This document shows, one piece after another, positions 62,651 to 64,000 of a DNA stretch of 64,000 nucleotides. The notes under the pieces were generated by a model, which did no database searches, had not been told where the DNA came from, and was given only the letters and a program-made list of their open reading frames with translations. The position numbers and the translations under genes were made by a program. The first letter of the stretch is position 1. Each line of letters starts with the position of its first letter. Source of the stretch: Octopus sinensis (Eukaryota); the NCBI RefSeq assembly GCF_006345805.1, contig NC_043014.1:47306001-47370000 (forward strand), written 5' to 3'.

Positions 62651-64000
62651 TGTGCCATATATACATATTTTATGTATATATCTACACAAAAATTCAGGAT
62701 GTTTAAATCTGAGTTGCATATATGCATGCACTTATATAGTAGTCTTTATATTTGTTTAATGCATACTTAAGTGCAGCTAATTATATAAAATCATTATTTA
62801 TTGCCCATTTTCCAAGCTGACATGGATTGGACCGTTCAACTAGACCTGACAGGCCAGAAGACTGTGTTGAGCTCCACCATCTACTTTGGCATGGTTTCTA
62901 CAGCTGGATACTCTTCCTGATGCCAACTATTAAATGTACTGGGTGTTTTTCTGGTTTTTTTTTTTCCATGATACCAGCACTAGTGAGGTTACCAAGTAAT
63001 TTGCAAGACAAAGAAATGACCCCTTGACTGAGGGAGGTGGCTTTGTGTCAGGTGTTGTAGTAGGACAAGAACAGGTGTCTTGCTATAGAGGAGATGAATG
63101 GCTACCCCTGCTAGGGAGAGAAAGATGTTGATGATAAGGTGTCGGGGTGTACCTTCAAAATACAAGAAAGGTGGGTAAGTCTGCAAGAATATAAAAGTAG
63201 AGTGACAGATGATTATAGAATGGAAATAGAAAGTGAATGGTGTGAATAATGAACTAAAGTAGAAGCATAATTGATTGCAAATATCAGTTTGGGGAGTGGA
63301 GAGGTGATGGAAATAAGAGAGGGTCTAGGAAGTGGCGGGGTTGATAAAATAGTTTGCAGAGCGGTAGTATAGTAAAAACCATAGAAATCTGAGAAATAAG
63401 ATATGAAATGGTGGTGGTGGTGGTGGTAAGAGAAGGATGCACAGTGACCGAGATGGAGGTTAGAGATATGTAGGGCTGGATATACTGAATGACAGATGTG
63501 AGGGTGGGGCAAGAGCTCAGGGAAATGGAATGTTTAGGGATCATTTTGAGATGTGGGATGAGTGACAAGGGGAAGTGGTTCCAAGGAGTGGAATAACTTG
63601 TAGCATTGCAGGGTCATATAATTACAACACCTGAATGAGAAGTGCTGTTGTTAGAAGAGTGCGGCTCTATAGTTAAGGAACATATCATCTCAGGTTCAGT
63701 TCCACTGCACGGCACCTTTGGCAAGTGCCTTCTGCCATAGCCCCAGGCCAACCAAAGCCTTGTGAAAATATTTATAGAGGGGAACTGAAAAGATCCCAGC
63801 ATGCACACGTGTGTGTGTGTGTATGTCCCCTTGTCTGGATATCATGCGATGGTTGTAAACAAGCCAAAATAAAAATCAAATGGAAATTGTAGTTAAGATA
63901 CCCATGCCGGTGACACGTAAAAACACCATCTGAATGTGGCTGATGCCAGCACCGCCTGACTGGCATCCGTGTTGGTGACATGTAAAAAGCACCAAACGAT

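Noticed and set aside
63080-63600. Possible L2 ORF2 remnant (C/T-rich minus strand)
   Set aside because: Compositional resemblance only; no diagnostic motif.

Overview
AT-rich, microsatellite-saturated eukaryotic DNA, very probably from an octopus. This is inferred from the tRNA-headed SINE families resembling the published octopus OK/OR1/OR2 SINEs, a mollusc-like 5S rRNA and the (TA)n/(TG)n/(TATG)n load. I cannot identify any host protein-coding gene; almost all ORFs in the supplied track are translations of microsatellites or SINEs. The window reads as intronic or intergenic DNA. It contains about 45 SINE or SINE-like copies of 5 families and TTAA-flanked piggyBac-type MITEs. It also has hAT MITEs with 8-bp TSDs, a non-autonomous Helitron, Helentron-like elements, a split cecropia-type (Hsmar1-like) mariner relic, RTE LINE 3' ends and one solitary 5S rRNA copy. 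Three CpG/GC-richer unique islands (about 14.2-17 kb, 37.4-38.3 kb and 51.8-52.1 kb) may be promoters or first exons. The most notable finding is a set of short elements embedded in (TA)n that carry Penelope-type minimal hammerhead ribozyme folds with palindromic stem III. One of them (6423-6473, minus strand) has the core C3:G8 tertiary pair swapped to G3:C8. All family names and protein similarities come from recalled motifs, not database searches, and repeat boundaries without a TSD are approximate.
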